A stretch of 52,585 nt of DNA from a virus (lineage: Duplodnaviria > Caudoviricetes): the IMG/VR virus record IMGVR_UViG_3300035158_000483, positions 1-52,585 of that record; one strand, written 5' to 3'. This document shows, piece after piece, positions 36,779 through 46,716 of the stretch (the stretch's first letter is position 1; each line of letters starts with the position of its first letter). The notes beneath the pieces were generated by a model. That model worked only from the letters and a program-made list of their open reading frames with translations, had not been told where the DNA came from and made no database searches. A program made the translations under genes and the position numbers.

Positions 36779-39700
36779 TGGCACGCCTCGCAGCGCAGGA
36801 GAAGCTTGGCTACTACCCTACCCCTTCCGCTGTCATTCCGCTCATTGCGTCGCACTTGAAGCGCAATGGTAAGCCCTATCGCGTCCTGGATCCCTGTGCC
36901 GGGACAGGCGCAGCACTCGCGCAACTGGAAGAAGAGCTCGGCGGCAACGTCGAAACCCTTGGCGTCGAGCTGAGCCCCAAGAGGGCTGAGAAGCTCAAGC
37001 ACAACGCCGAGAAGGCTCTGCACACGGCTTGGAACGGCGTGCTGATGACGGATGCGTCCGTCGCCCTGCTGTTCCTCAACCCGCCGTACGACCACGCACG
37101 ATGGGCCACGCAGAAGCGCGAAGAGGCTGAGTTCCTACGGCGCACCGTGGAGAAGCTGCAATACGGTGGCGTCTTGGCGTTCCTTATTCCCCAGCACGTC
37201 TTGGCTGATCGAGGGACCGCACGCCTGCTGGCCGGACATTTTGATAACCTGTCCGTCTACAGGTTCCCCGACGAGGAGTACGAAGCTTTCGGCCAGGTCG
37301 TCGTGTTCGGCATTCGCACGGCCTGGAACCCGCCCGATGGCGAGGCGATTGACGCCGTACGCGAGTACGCCGACGCCGATCTCCCTCAGCTCACCAAGGG
37401 CGATGGACAGTACGAGCTCCCCGCGTCACCGGCGAAGATCAACTTCCGCCGTCAGTCGCTCGATGCTCGCTACAAGATCGGCAAGGCAAGCGCCCTGGGT
37501 TGGCCAGACGGCCTCAAGGACGCAATGAAGCCGAAGCCAGAGATCACGATGAAGCCCTTGATCCCGCCGCGCAAGGGCCATATCGCGATGCTCCTGGCCA
37601 GCGGTATGTTCAGGACCACGCCCATTGTCCGCGACGGCGATGTCACGCTCCTGAAGGGTCGCGCAGTCAAGTATCAGGAGAAGACCGAGACCATTGAGGA
37701 CGATACCAGAACCACCAGGATCGTGGACAAGTTCCGCACCACGGTCGGCTTGATCGGACCAGACGGTATCCGCGTCGTGGACAATAACGAGGCGGAGCTG
37801 CGCCGGCTGATGCAGGAGTACGGCGCCGAGATCACGGAGAAAATTCTGGAAACTGAGCCGCTCTACAACTTCGATCCTACGGACGAAGAGTGGGAGATGC
37901 TCGGTACGCTGAGCAAGAACCGTGACCCGCTGCCTGGCCAGGACGAGCCCGGCCTACTGCCCTCTCAGAAGCACCTGGCAATGGCTGGCCTGCGGAGCCT
38001 GCAGGACGACAACACGCTACTCATTCAGGGCGAGATGGGTGTGGGGAAGACCACGATTGCTGCCGCACTCATTGATATGCTCGACGCCTACCCTGCTCTG
38101 GTCCTGGTGCCGGCGCACCTGGTCAAGAAGTGGCGTCGCGAGCTCAAGGAGGTCATTCCCGGCGTCGAGACCTACCACATTGAGCGGATCGGCAAGACGT
38201 CCTCGATGGAGCACGAGGTCAACGACGTACGGGAGTTCTTGGAGCTGTGGCACAGCGGCCAGCTCGGGGACAAGGCCGTGGCCGTGATGAAGACCACGAT
38301 GGCCAAGGCGCACGGCGGTTGGGGCTCCGGCGTGTGGCACAGGTACACGCTCTGGCAGGACAACGGGAGCCAGGCCGAGCAGACTGAGCGCAGGCCGTTC
38401 AACAACACGCTCAAGGTCTACAAGGCGATGCGCGACGACCTGCCCACACGCGCCACGGTCGTCCAAGAGGACTGGTGGAAGGGCGATCTGCCCCGCAACG
38501 AGCGCGAGCAAGAGGTCTACGACGCACGCCAGCAGGTCCTCAAACAGGCGATCAGGTACCCCGTCTGCCCCGTTTGCGGTCAGGCCCAATACGAGACCGT
38601 CGATGGTGTCACGCAGCGCGTGATGAGCTTCAAGACCTTCGAGAAGAACGCGCTCCACTGCGGGGCGCACGTTCGCGATGGCGAACACGTTAGGCGTTGC
38701 CAGTCCGCGCTCTACGACTACGGCAAGTACCGGTACCGTCGATACGCAGCAGCCGACTATATCAAGGATCACGCCGATGGCGAGTTCCAGATGCTGATTG
38801 CGGACGAGGTGCATTACCACAAGGGCCGCTCCGACCGCGGCCGCGCCTTCGCCCGTCTGCTGTGCGCCTCCAAGTACCACGTCGGGCTGACCGGTACGAT
38901 CTTCGGTGGCACGCCGGAGTCGATCTACTGGATACTGCACAGGATGTCGATCAACGGTATCCAGGAGGACTACGACTACAACAGCTCCCTGCGCTTTATG
39001 GAGCGTTACGGCGTGCTGGAGCAGGTGATTGTGGACAAGGGCTACACGAGCCGCTACGGATCCTTCAACGCCTCTCGCCGCGTCCGCAACGACACGAAGA
39101 AGCTCCCTGGCGTCTCGCCGGCGATACTCGAGTACCTGCTCAAAGATGTGCTGTTCGTCAACCTGGATCAGTTAGGCGTCGATCTCCCGCCCTACCAGGA
39201 CCGCGCCGTGCAGGTGTCCGGCACGCCTGAGCAGGCCGACCAGTGGAACAGCCTCAGCGACACGCTGCTGGAGAGAGCCATAGAGGACAAGCGGTATCTG
39301 TCCTTGTGGCTGCAATGGGCACTCGGTCGCCCCAACTCGGCCTTCCGCTCTGAGGAAGCCGTCAAGGAGTGGCGGGACGACGATGGGGAGATTGAGCGGG
39401 TCGAGAAGATTATGGACCTGCCCAAGATCGAGGGCGTGCTCCCGAAGGAGCAATGGCTGGTCGACTTCGTGCGCGACGAGTCGGAGAAGGATCGGGCCGT
39501 GATCGTCTACTGTCGCCAGACAGGGACGAGGGATATCCGCGACCGGATTCGGGACCTGCTGCGCGACGAGGGCTTTGACGTGGCCGTGCTCGACTCCAGC
39601 GTCTCGACGTCGGACCGTGAGGCGTGGATCGAGAGGAACGCGTCAGACGTCGACGTGCTAATCACCAACCCAAGGTTGGTCGAGACGGGGCTGGACTTGA

Positions 39701-40824
39701 TCCAGTTCTGCTCTGTCGTGTTCTACGAGCCCGTCTACAGCCTGTCCACGATGTGGCAGGCTGAGCGCCGCGTGTGGCGTCTCGGCCAGGCGAAGCCGGT
39801 CAAAGTCGTCTACCTGGTCTACCGCGACTCCTGGGAGGAGAACGCGATTGCCCTGATGGGGAAGAAGAAGAGGGCAGCGCAGATGGTCTACGGAGACGAT
39901 ATCGGTGGCGCAATCGTCCCGGAGGCCGACACAGCCGGCTCCTTCAAGGCCGAGATGATGGCGGGCGCTGTGGAAGGCGCGGAGCTTCCCGATCTCGCGG
40001 AGATGTTCAACACGGACGCCTTCGACCTCGATGACACACCGGTCGAGACGCTCGGAAGCATTTCCGAGACGGAAGCTGACGAGCCGGACGACGTGGAGTA
40101 CGAGGGGTACACACCGGCCACGTTCGACACTATCGAGGTCGGCGCCGAGGTCTGCGAGGATCACCCTGAGTACGGCCGAGTGAATGGCGTGATTGAGCAG
40201 ATCAAGGATAAGCACGTCAAGATCAGGTACACCGACACCTACGATATCGGTGAGAACTACGTGGTCTACCAGGAGATGCTCGATGGCATCTACCTGGGTC
40301 ACCGGTCCGAACCCCTCACGATGGCGCAGCTCGCCGCTCGGATGAAGGCGGTGAAACGCAGTAAGAGCAAGCGGCGGAAGGAAGAGGACGACGAAGCCAA
40401 GCAGCTCTCGCTGTTCAGCGAGCCGGAACCAGAGGAAGAAGAGGAGCCGGTCAAGGTGATCAGCACGTACACACCTCAAGACGCTCTCGACGATGGTCTC
40501 TACGTCGATGTCTCCGATATGGCCACGGAGGCCGGTTTCCGCTGGCCGGTCGTGATGACTCGCGGCGTCCATTACACCGTCGAGGACATTCCGCAGAGCC
40601 AGGCGCACCAAGGCTATGACGGTCGGCTTTGGGACCTCTTGAACGTGTTGCGCTACACGCTCAAGAAGACGAACGGCGACTTCCTAGAGCCGGTCAAGTT
40701 CAATATGGTGATGCACCACAAGCCGAACGGCCACGTTCGCAAATGGCTCACGCTGACCGTCGTCGGGCAGTATACAGAGGACGGCGAGCCTATGCTGGTG
40801 GTGATGCACCCCGAGGAGATGTAG
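36778..40824 (+). CDS. Amino-methyltransferase fused to an SF2/SNF2-like helicase (1348 aa), DUF6094-like N-terminus and DUF6573-like C-terminus
   Basis: Methyltransferase motifs GYYPTP, DPCAGTG and NPPY; helicase motifs GEMGVGKT, ADEVH, GLTGT, ETGLDL and QAERRVWRLGQ; C-terminal VISTYTPQDALDDGLYVDVS. Confidence 0.85.
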   Translation: MARLAAQEKLGYYPTPSAVIPLIASHLKRNGKPYRVLDPCAGTGAALAQLEEELGGNVETLGVELSPKRAEKLKHNAEKALHTAWNGVLMTDASVALLFLNPPYDHARWATQKREEAEFLRRTVEKLQYGGVLAFLIPQHVLADRGTARLLAGHFDNLSVYRFPDEEYEAFGQVVVFGIRTAWNPPDGEAIDAVREYADADLPQLTKGDGQYELPASPAKINFRRQSLDARYKIGKASALGWPDGLKDAMKPKPEITMKPLIPPRKGHIAMLLASGMFRTTPIVRDGDVTLLKGRAVKYQEKTETIEDDTRTTRIVDKFRTTVGLIGPDGIRVVDNNEAELRRLMQEYGAEITEKILETEPLYNFDPTDEEWEMLGTLSKNRDPLPGQDEPGLLPSQKHLAMAGLRSLQDDNTLLIQGEMGVGKTTIAAALIDMLDAYPALVLVPAHLVKKWRRELKEVIPGVETYHIERIGKTSSMEHEVNDVREFLELWHSGQLGDKAVAVMKTTMAKAHGGWGSGVWHRYTLWQDNGSQAEQTERRPFNNTLKVYKAMRDDLPTRATVVQEDWWKGDLPRNEREQEVYDARQQVLKQAIRYPVCPVCGQAQYETVDGVTQRVMSFKTFEKNALHCGAHVRDGEHVRRCQSALYDYGKYRYRRYAAADYIKDHADGEFQMLIADEVHYHKGRSDRGRAFARLLCASKYHVGLTGTIFGGTPESIYWILHRMSINGIQEDYDYNSSLRFMERYGVLEQVIVDKGYTSRYGSFNASRRVRNDTKKLPGVSPAILEYLLKDVLFVNLDQLGVDLPPYQDRAVQVSGTPEQADQWNSLSDTLLERAIEDKRYLSLWLQWALGRPNSAFRSEEAVKEWRDDDGEIERVEKIMDLPKIEGVLPKEQWLVDFVRDESEKDRAVIVYCRQTGTRDIRDRIRDLLRDEGFDVAVLDSSVSTSDREAWIERNASDVDVLITNPRLVETGLDLIQFCSVVFYEPVYSLSTMWQAERRVWRLGQAKPVKVVYLVYRDSWEENAIALMGKKKRAAQMVYGDDIGGAIVPEADTAGSFKAEMMAGAVEGAELPDLAEMFNTDAFDLDDTPVETLGSISETEADEPDDVEYEGYTPATFDTIEVGAEVCEDHPEYGRVNGVIEQIKDKHVKIRYTDTYDIGENYVVYQEMLDGIYLGHRSEPLTMAQLAARMKAVKRSKSKRRKEEDDEAKQLSLFSEPEPEEEEEPVKVISTYTPQDALDDGLYVDVSDMATEAGFRWPVVMTRGVHYTVEDIPQSQAHQGYDGRLWDLLNVLRYTLKKTNGDFLEPVKFNMVMHHKPNGHVRKWLTLTVVGQYTEDGEPMLVVMHPEEM

Positions 40825-40910
40825 CGCGAGCTCGGGCGCAGCAGTTTCCGTCACGGAAGAAAGTTACCGGAGTTACCGCTGTGGTCTGGGAAAGCGGTAA
40901 CTGCGGTAAC

Positions 40911-40968
40911 TTGAAATTATGCTCAAATCACCTATAATAGCACTAGGCCAACTGAACGAACGTACAGC
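40911..40968 (+). promoter_or_regulatory. Promoter plus operator
   Basis: TTGAAA (40911), 16 nt, TATAAT (40933); operator at 40951-40968. Confidence 0.7.
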
Positions 40969-40985
40969 CCCAAAGGAGGCAAACG

Positions 40986-41477
40986 ATGCCCAGAGACGTA
41001 AGGACGCGAACGATACTGAACAGGTCGGTCGCATTCGAACACTGCAACGAAGGCGCAGAGCAGTGGATATTCGATGACCCTGAGATCAACACCTGCTTCG
41101 TCATCCAACGGGTGAACGGCGGGTGGGACAACCGAGTCCACACAGAGCACGGCGAATGGAGGACGGACCTAGACGCCAACGATCCCAAGACGTTGGACGA
41201 GGCGCTGGACGAGATGACCGTGCGTATCCTGATCGAGTGGCTCGGTTGCGATAAGGTCACGCACGAACAAGTCAACCAGCACTACGCAGAGAACGCGGAC
41301 GAGGAGACCCTGCTTGAAGACCTAGCGTGCGTCTACCTCAACGGGACAGGGCACAACCCAGGCTCCTTACAGGCCCTGGCCGAGCGAGGCCTGATCGAGC
41401 GTGATGGACAAGGCTGGTTCCGCCTCACGGCCAAGGGGCACGCCAAGTTGGGGGGTGACGATGCTTCCGCCAATTGA
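40986..41477 (+). CDS. Hypothetical protein with a C-terminal wHTH-like tail (163 aa)
   Basis: AAAGGAGG ribosome-binding site; LQALAERGLIE...FRLTAKG. Confidence 0.65.
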   Translation: MPRDVRTRTILNRSVAFEHCNEGAEQWIFDDPEINTCFVIQRVNGGWDNRVHTEHGEWRTDLDANDPKTLDEALDEMTVRILIEWLGCDKVTHEQVNQHYAENADEETLLEDLACVYLNGTGHNPGSLQALAERGLIERDGQGWFRLTAKGHAKLGGDDASAN

Positions 41478-41605
41478 CCACCCACCTGGACACGAGATCG
41501 AGAGGCTGAATCGGGAGATCGAGGAGCAGTACGAGGACGACGACACGTTCTTCGACCCGCTCGTAGGGTACACGCGGCGCATAGGTGAATTCAGGGAAGA
41601 GGACG

Positions 41606-41959
41606 ATGGCCAAGACGAAGGCTGACTTGGAACGGGAGATCGAGACGCTGGAGCAAGAGGTCGAGCACCAGCGCGAACGTGCTGAGTACTACAAGCGCCA
41701 GGCCGAGTTCCAGAAGGAGAAGGTCAGACTGATCCTTGAAGCCTGGAGCGTGGTCCACCCTGTGGATCTGGTCTGGATGGAGGAGAACAGCCCGGACGGA
41801 CAGCACATTGACCTCTACAACCACATAATCTACGAGTTCGGTCGCGCCCTACCCGATGGCCGCACGTCAACGCGTTACAGCAGCTACGAGCTGGCTGAGC
41901 GTTACCGCCGCGAGCAATTTGACAAAGCGGTCGCGGAGATGAAGGAAGCCAAGCTATGA
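41606..41959 (+). CDS. Hypothetical coiled-coil protein (about 117 aa)
   Basis: GAGG ribosome-binding site before MAKTKADLEREIE. Confidence 0.6.
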   Translation: MAKTKADLEREIETLEQEVEHQRERAEYYKRQAEFQKEKVRLILEAWSVVHPVDLVWMEENSPDGQHIDLYNHIIYEFGRALPDGRTSTRYSSYELAERYRREQFDKAVAEMKEAKL

Positions 41960-42000
41960 GCGTGAGGGTCTAGGCTTCCGTCACGGAAGGCAGGGAGGGG

Positions 42001-42600
42001 TTACTCCCCTTCCTGCTTTTCATCATCACCAATGACCGCGTACTCACCGTCAACGGCGTCCTCTATCGACCGGCTCGGGCGCTCCTCTTCCTCGTCGGCC
42101 GCGCCACCCACGATCTGCTGTTGGATGTTCTGCACAACGACCGTGGCCGGCTCGAATTCGGAGTATTGCAGATACTCTTCCGCTGACAACCCCTGAGCGA
42201 TACCCTCCGGGGGATTCTCCATCCCCATCATATCGATGAGCATCGTCGTCAAGGCCCTTAGCTGCGTCGCGGCGTTCGCGTCCTCCAGCTCCCCCAACCC
42301 AATGTCGAGCATATGCTCGATCATCCGATCCGCCTTCTGGAACAGGCGCAGGCGCAGCGCCTCACGCACCTGATCGCGTGTGTTGACTAGCAGGTGGGAG
42401 ATTTTGCCTTCCCGAAGCCAGTCATACCAGGTACTCGAAGGGATGTCCATCTTCTCAAGCGCCCCGTGCAGGGTCATCCCTTGCTCAACGACCAGGGTGA
42501 TCACTTCCTGAGCCTTGGCATCGCGCTGAATGTCTTGAAGGGAGATACCCTGCTCTTCGCAAACGTCTAGCGGATCTCTTTCGGCGAGGTCATTACCCAT
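42001..42600 (-). CDS. HTH protein, candidate terminase small subunit (about 199 aa)
   Basis: HTH GMTLHGALEKMDIPSSTWYDWL, helical middle and acidic tail. Has its own promoter, TTGACG (42672), 16 nt, TATAAT (42650), on the minus strand. Confidence 0.5.
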   Translation of the reverse strand: MGNDLAERDPLDVCEEQGISLQDIQRDAKAQEVITLVVEQGMTLHGALEKMDIPSSTWYDWLREGKISHLLVNTRDQVREALRLRLFQKADRMIEHMLDIGLGELEDANAATQLRALTTMLIDMMGMENPPEGIAQGLSAEEYLQYSEFEPATVVVQNIQQQIVGGAADEEEERPSRSIEDAVDGEYAVIGDDEKQEGE

Positions 42601-42621
42601 AGGGTCAAAGTCTCCAAGGTT

Positions 42622-42770
42622 ACTTGACAATCGTTCAGTCACAAATTATACTTGTCACTGCACGAACGTCAAGGGACAGGTTGCTTGCCACCCGTAAGGG
42701 CTTTTTTCACGCGTCCGTCGACTTGACGGACGAATTCGCTTTCTATATAATGACTGTACGTTCGTACAGT
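42622..42770. promoter_or_regulatory. Divergent promoter region with three operators
   Basis: Plus strand: TTGACA (42624)-17-TATACT and TTGACG (42723)-17-TATAAT. Minus strand: TTGACG (42672)-16-TATAAT. Operators start at 42622, 42657 and 42753. Confidence 0.75.
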
Positions 42771-42784
42771 CGAAGGGGGTGAGG

Positions 42785-43147
42785 ATGGTTCCACCCGTAA
42801 ACCTGGATCAGCCTGCGGTGCCTATGTTCTCGATCTATGAGATACGAATCCTTGAGGTCATCTTGGAGCATATGGAGAAGTATCACACGACACCGTCATT
42901 GACGCAGATTGCAGAGAAGGTCTATGACGACTCGACCAAGAAGACTGCAGTACACTATCACGTTGAGGCGCTGCGAGATGCTGGCGTTATCTCTGACGCT
43001 CCTGAATTGCGCGGCAGAATTGCGCTGAACGATCCTGAAGCAGTCAAGCAACAGATCGAGCACGACCGGGCCATCTACGCGGCGGAGGCCGATATGAAAG
43101 CACGCCGGCAAAGGGAGAAGGTGCATGAAGACGACGAAGGAGGATGA
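42785..43147 (+). CDS. LexA-type winged-helix DNA-binding protein without a peptidase domain
   Basis: EIRILEVILEHMEKYHTTPSLTQIAEKV...AVHYHVEALRDAGVI matches the LexA N-terminal domain pattern. The protein is only about 120 aa. Confidence 0.75.
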   Translation: MVPPVNLDQPAVPMFSIYEIRILEVILEHMEKYHTTPSLTQIAEKVYDDSTKKTAVHYHVEALRDAGVISDAPELRGRIALNDPEAVKQQIEHDRAIYAAEADMKARRQREKVHEDDEGG

Positions 43148-43160
43148 CGCAACAAACTGA

Positions 43161-43808
43161 ATGGGATGGAAGGCCGTAGAGAGACGAGTCCTCACCTGGT
43201 TCGGGACTGACCGCCTCGGACCAGTAGGGGAGCATGGCCCTGACGGTCTCACTGATACTCTCTCGATAGAGATCAAAGACCGGAAATCGCTCCCCAAATG
43301 GTTCCTCTCAGCATATAACGAATCCCTAAAGCTTCTGGAGAACGGGTACCAGGTACCTGTCACACGTCTCACCCTCACAGAGACCGGACAGCATTTCGCC
43401 CTGGTCGAGCTCGACTTTCTTCTGAGCGTCCTGGACAAGGCAAGTCTGGCACGTCCACGGAAGGAAGGCATTCCAGATGCAACCAGGTTGACAGGACTCG
43501 CAACGACAACAATGGAGTGGCCCAGGCTTCCCGTCTGGATGGCTAATGGCCTGCAACAAGCCATCGACGGCGCCGAAGACCACAGACTGCCGATCGTTGT
43601 GTTTCACCAGAAACGGAAACACAGCTATCAAGCTCTAATGCCCCTAGAGCACTTTATCTTCCTCATAGAGGTTGGAGGTATACGATGTCCGGAACTGAAG
43701 GCTCCGCACTCACGATCACCAACACAACCCCTGTCACGACAGTCCACGAAGCCAAAGCCCTCGCAGAAAGCCAACCTGGTTGGCTCGTCGGTTACGACCG
43801 CGACGTAG
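43161..43808 (+). CDS. PD-(D/E)xK nuclease, Holliday junction resolvase-like
   Basis: WKAVERRV...GPDG...IEIKDR. Confidence 0.65.
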   Translation: MGWKAVERRVLTWFGTDRLGPVGEHGPDGLTDTLSIEIKDRKSLPKWFLSAYNESLKLLENGYQVPVTRLTLTETGQHFALVELDFLLSVLDKASLARPRKEGIPDATRLTGLATTTMEWPRLPVWMANGLQQAIDGAEDHRLPIVVFHQKRKHSYQALMPLEHFIFLIEVGGIRCPELKAPHSRSPTQPLSRQSTKPKPSQKANLVGSSVTTAT

Positions 43809-44629
43809 AAGACACCCACGAATACCTAGCCACGCTGACCGCCCACGCTGACGCCCGATTGTGGGCCCGTTTCCACGAAGACGGACAAATGAAGAGCCAG
43901 GGAGGACCTTACGAGCGCGGCTCGGAGGTATGGGCCGGCCTTGTCGCTCAAGAGGTCCTGCGGATGATGAACAACGTCGAGACGGCCAACAAAGCCGCCC
44001 TCAACGCCCTGCTCTCAGAGATCCAACGACGCGCCCTGTACGATCGCGTCTTCGACAGCTACAGCAACCTGCAGGAGATGCTCCTCGATGTAGCCGAGGA
44101 CCTGAGTTCGGCGGGGCAAGCGTCTGAGCACATTGCCGTAGCCGAGATCATTGTCCCTTGGCTGCGGAAGCACCAGGATGATTGTGCCTGCGGTCACCCG
44201 CGCATGGATCACAACAACGGGTGCTCGGCCTGCGACTGCGAAGCGTTCAGCGCCCCACCCCGCCCCGATGAGTTCTGGAAGCCGGGCAACTGGGAGAAGC
44301 TGCGTACGGGCGTCGCCCTGATGAAGGCGATCATTGCCGAGGAAGAGGAGGGCAAGCTCTCTCTCGGTGACGCGATTGAGGGGATGTGGAACGTCGTCAA
44401 CGCCTTCACGGATCCCAACGCCAGGGTCAAGGACTTGCGATGGGAGCTGGCCAAGAAGCGCAACCCGCCGATCCAGTACCAACTGGAACGTGTCGTCCCC
44501 CCTGGCCAGGAGTCACCGAAGGAAGAGCTCAAGTGGAGGCTGGTGTTCCCCGAAGTCACCCGTGCCCAACGCGACCTGATCCTGGGACGATTAGGCGCAC
44601 GGGCTCAACAGTGCAGCGCGACAGCGTAA
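43685..44629 (+). CDS. Hypothetical protein with a Cys/His insert (314 aa)
   Basis: GGAGG ribosome-binding site; CACGHPRMDHNNGCSACDCEAF. Confidence 0.7.
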   Translation: MSGTEGSALTITNTTPVTTVHEAKALAESQPGWLVGYDRDVEDTHEYLATLTAHADARLWARFHEDGQMKSQGGPYERGSEVWAGLVAQEVLRMMNNVETANKAALNALLSEIQRRALYDRVFDSYSNLQEMLLDVAEDLSSAGQASEHIAVAEIIVPWLRKHQDDCACGHPRMDHNNGCSACDCEAFSAPPRPDEFWKPGNWEKLRTGVALMKAIIAEEEEGKLSLGDAIEGMWNVVNAFTDPNARVKDLRWELAKKRNPPIQYQLERVVPPGQESPKEELKWRLVFPEVTRAQRDLILGRLGARAQQCSATA

Positions 44630-44994
44630 TGATGAACAAGTATTTGGAGCAGCAACAGGAGCTGAGACAACTAGCGCACGAGATCTTCTCGGCTGCTAAC
44701 AGATTACAGGAAGCCGCAGCAACCATTCTGGATATCCAGAAGCAACGGCGCGACAAGCGCTTGCTACAGGAGATGCTCGACAGGGTTACCGCGGGCAGCG
44801 TGGATATCGAGGACGTTGTTGCGTTCTACCTGGAGAACGATCTGAGCTTAGACGACACGCCGAACGCTTCCGAGACGGAAGCGACTGGCAAGGCGTGTAC
44901 CGTCTCGTTCGACGACGACGGCAAGGAAGGAGGGAAGCGAGTGATCCACGTTGACCGGCCGGACTATCAAGCCCCGGCCGCCTGCGAGGATTGA
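44629..44994 (+). CDS. Hypothetical protein (121 aa)
   Basis: TAATG-coupled start, MMNKYLEQQQ. Confidence 0.6.
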   Translation: MMNKYLEQQQELRQLAHEIFSAANRLQEAAATILDIQKQRRDKRLLQEMLDRVTAGSVDIEDVVAFYLENDLSLDDTPNASETEATGKACTVSFDDDGKEGGKRVIHVDRPDYQAPAACED

Positions 44995-45031
44995 CACTAG
45001 ACTGCGCCGGCCGTAGGCCGGAAAGGAAACG

Positions 45032-45499
45032 ATGATCAACTTGAGTCTATCCGTGATGATGGTGATGACGCCAACTCTCGGAACAGAAGATGTGAATGAG
45101 ATAGCTTCAATCGTCGCCGGGGAGACAATCCCCGGCGTCGATCAAGCACATATGTGGGTCGCCTGTACGATCCTTGACGACCTGGAGCGTGGGTACACCG
45201 TCGCTGGCTTGCACCCTGGGCGCTGGAATGGCCACCGGCCCCCTGCTGAGACGCATATCGCAGCAGTCCAACGAAGTCTCAACGCGGGGTGTACCCACGT
45301 TCCTGAATGCCGCTTCCTCGGGAGCGGCAAGGATCACGACCGACACTGGAGCCACCTGCCCAACAGAGTACACCGGATCCGCTCCGGGCAATGGGAGATG
45401 GTCTGCGTCGAGCGTGAAAACACGACACGAATCACGACACGCAGACGAGAATCACGACATTGGCCGCAGTGGAAGCTGGATGCATTGAAGTACCCATAG
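45032..45499 (+). CDS. Possible divergent SleB/Hydrolase_2-like cell wall hydrolase
   Basis: Hydrophobic N-terminus, then EIASIVAGET...MWVACTILD, resembling LAxxIxxEAxG...AVAxVILNR. Confidence 0.4.
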   Translation: MINLSLSVMMVMTPTLGTEDVNEIASIVAGETIPGVDQAHMWVACTILDDLERGYTVAGLHPGRWNGHRPPAETHIAAVQRSLNAGCTHVPECRFLGSGKDHDRHWSHLPNRVHRIRSGQWEMVCVERENTTRITTRRRESRHWPQWKLDALKYP

Positions 45500-45509
45500 A
45501 GGAGGCGCG

Positions 45510-46706
45510 ATGGCCTACCCCAACCTAATACAAACGATGCTGGCCCTAGCCCCAAACGGTGACAATGTAGTCATTGTCGCCAGAGCCTTTGTAGAGTTTA
45601 CTGGCTCTCTTGAAGCCGGCCTGTTCCTCTCGCAGATGCTCTATTGGACGCCCAGGGCCAAGCGGCCCGATGGCTTCATAGCCAAGAGCGACGAAGAGTG
45701 GCAAGAGGAACTGTGCCTGACACGATACGGTGTGCGCAAAGCCCGGAAGACCTTGGAGGAAATGGAAGTTCTGGAAACCAAGCTCAAGAAGTGGGATGGC
45801 GCACCCACCACACACTACCGCCTGGACCAGACCGAGCTGCACAAACAATGGATTGACTGGATTGACACAAACGATTGTCCGAATTCAGACAATCCAACGT
45901 CTGATCCCGAACAATCTTTAACAGAGACTACTCCAGAGACTACCTCAGATACTACTACAGACGATGAGTGTCGCGAGCAAGCTCGCGCCACGCACCGTCC
46001 GAGCAAAGACGAAAACGACTTAGATGCCTGGCAACTGAAGATGGACGGAGCAGACGACGATTACTTCGACGTACCAGAGGAGGAAGAGGAGCCGGAACGC
46101 AGGGCCGTGGCCACCTTCGACCCGTTTGAGTACACCCCTGGGCAGGACCAGGGACCCGCGCCGGAGCTCGGGGACGAGTACAAGGAGTACAAGAAGCGTA
46201 TGGCTCCCAAGGGACGTTTCCAGAAGGCGTTCCTGAAAGCTCTCGGGGACAAGCGCTTCAAGCCAGGTATCAAGTCCAAGCTGAACGCCCTTGCCAGGGC
46301 CATTCAGCGCGGGAAGACCCTGGGCACCGACGTCTACAAGGCGTGTGTGGACGGGCTGGCCGGCCACCCACCCAAGCTTGATCCGCACGCCCTACCCCCG
46401 ATCCCCGAGTCGTGGTGGTTCTTCAAGAGAGAGCACGCCAAGCAGCACGCCAGGCACTGGTCACAGGAGATGTTCATCAGCTCGCTCCTGGACCACGACA
46501 ACATTCTCCAGCACTGCCGTATCCGTATTAGCGAGCTCGGCCTAGAGGAACGCAGGACAATCGCAGAGCGCGACACCGCGCCTAGCCGAGAGCAGGAGAA
46601 GTTCTTCCGCGAGAAGCAGCAGGCCAACGAGGACAGCATTCGTGAGAGGCTTGCACAGCAAGGCATTGACTACGACGAGATTCTGGAAGAGTACGGAGTA
46701 GCATAG
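45510..46706 (+). CDS. Phage replication initiator (398 aa)
   Basis: N-terminal wHTH AGLFLSQMLYW...KSDEEWQEELCLTRYGVRKARKTL and a TETT linker; upstream of the DnaC-like gene and dnaB. Confidence 0.8.
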   Translation: MAYPNLIQTMLALAPNGDNVVIVARAFVEFTGSLEAGLFLSQMLYWTPRAKRPDGFIAKSDEEWQEELCLTRYGVRKARKTLEEMEVLETKLKKWDGAPTTHYRLDQTELHKQWIDWIDTNDCPNSDNPTSDPEQSLTETTPETTSDTTTDDECREQARATHRPSKDENDLDAWQLKMDGADDDYFDVPEEEEEPERRAVATFDPFEYTPGQDQGPAPELGDEYKEYKKRMAPKGRFQKAFLKALGDKRFKPGIKSKLNALARAIQRGKTLGTDVYKACVDGLAGHPPKLDPHALPPIPESWWFFKREHAKQHARHWSQEMFISSLLDHDNILQHCRIRISELGLEERRTIAERDTAPSREQEKFFREKQQANEDSIRERLAQQGIDYDEILEEYGVA

Positions 46707-46716
46707 GGAGGCTACG

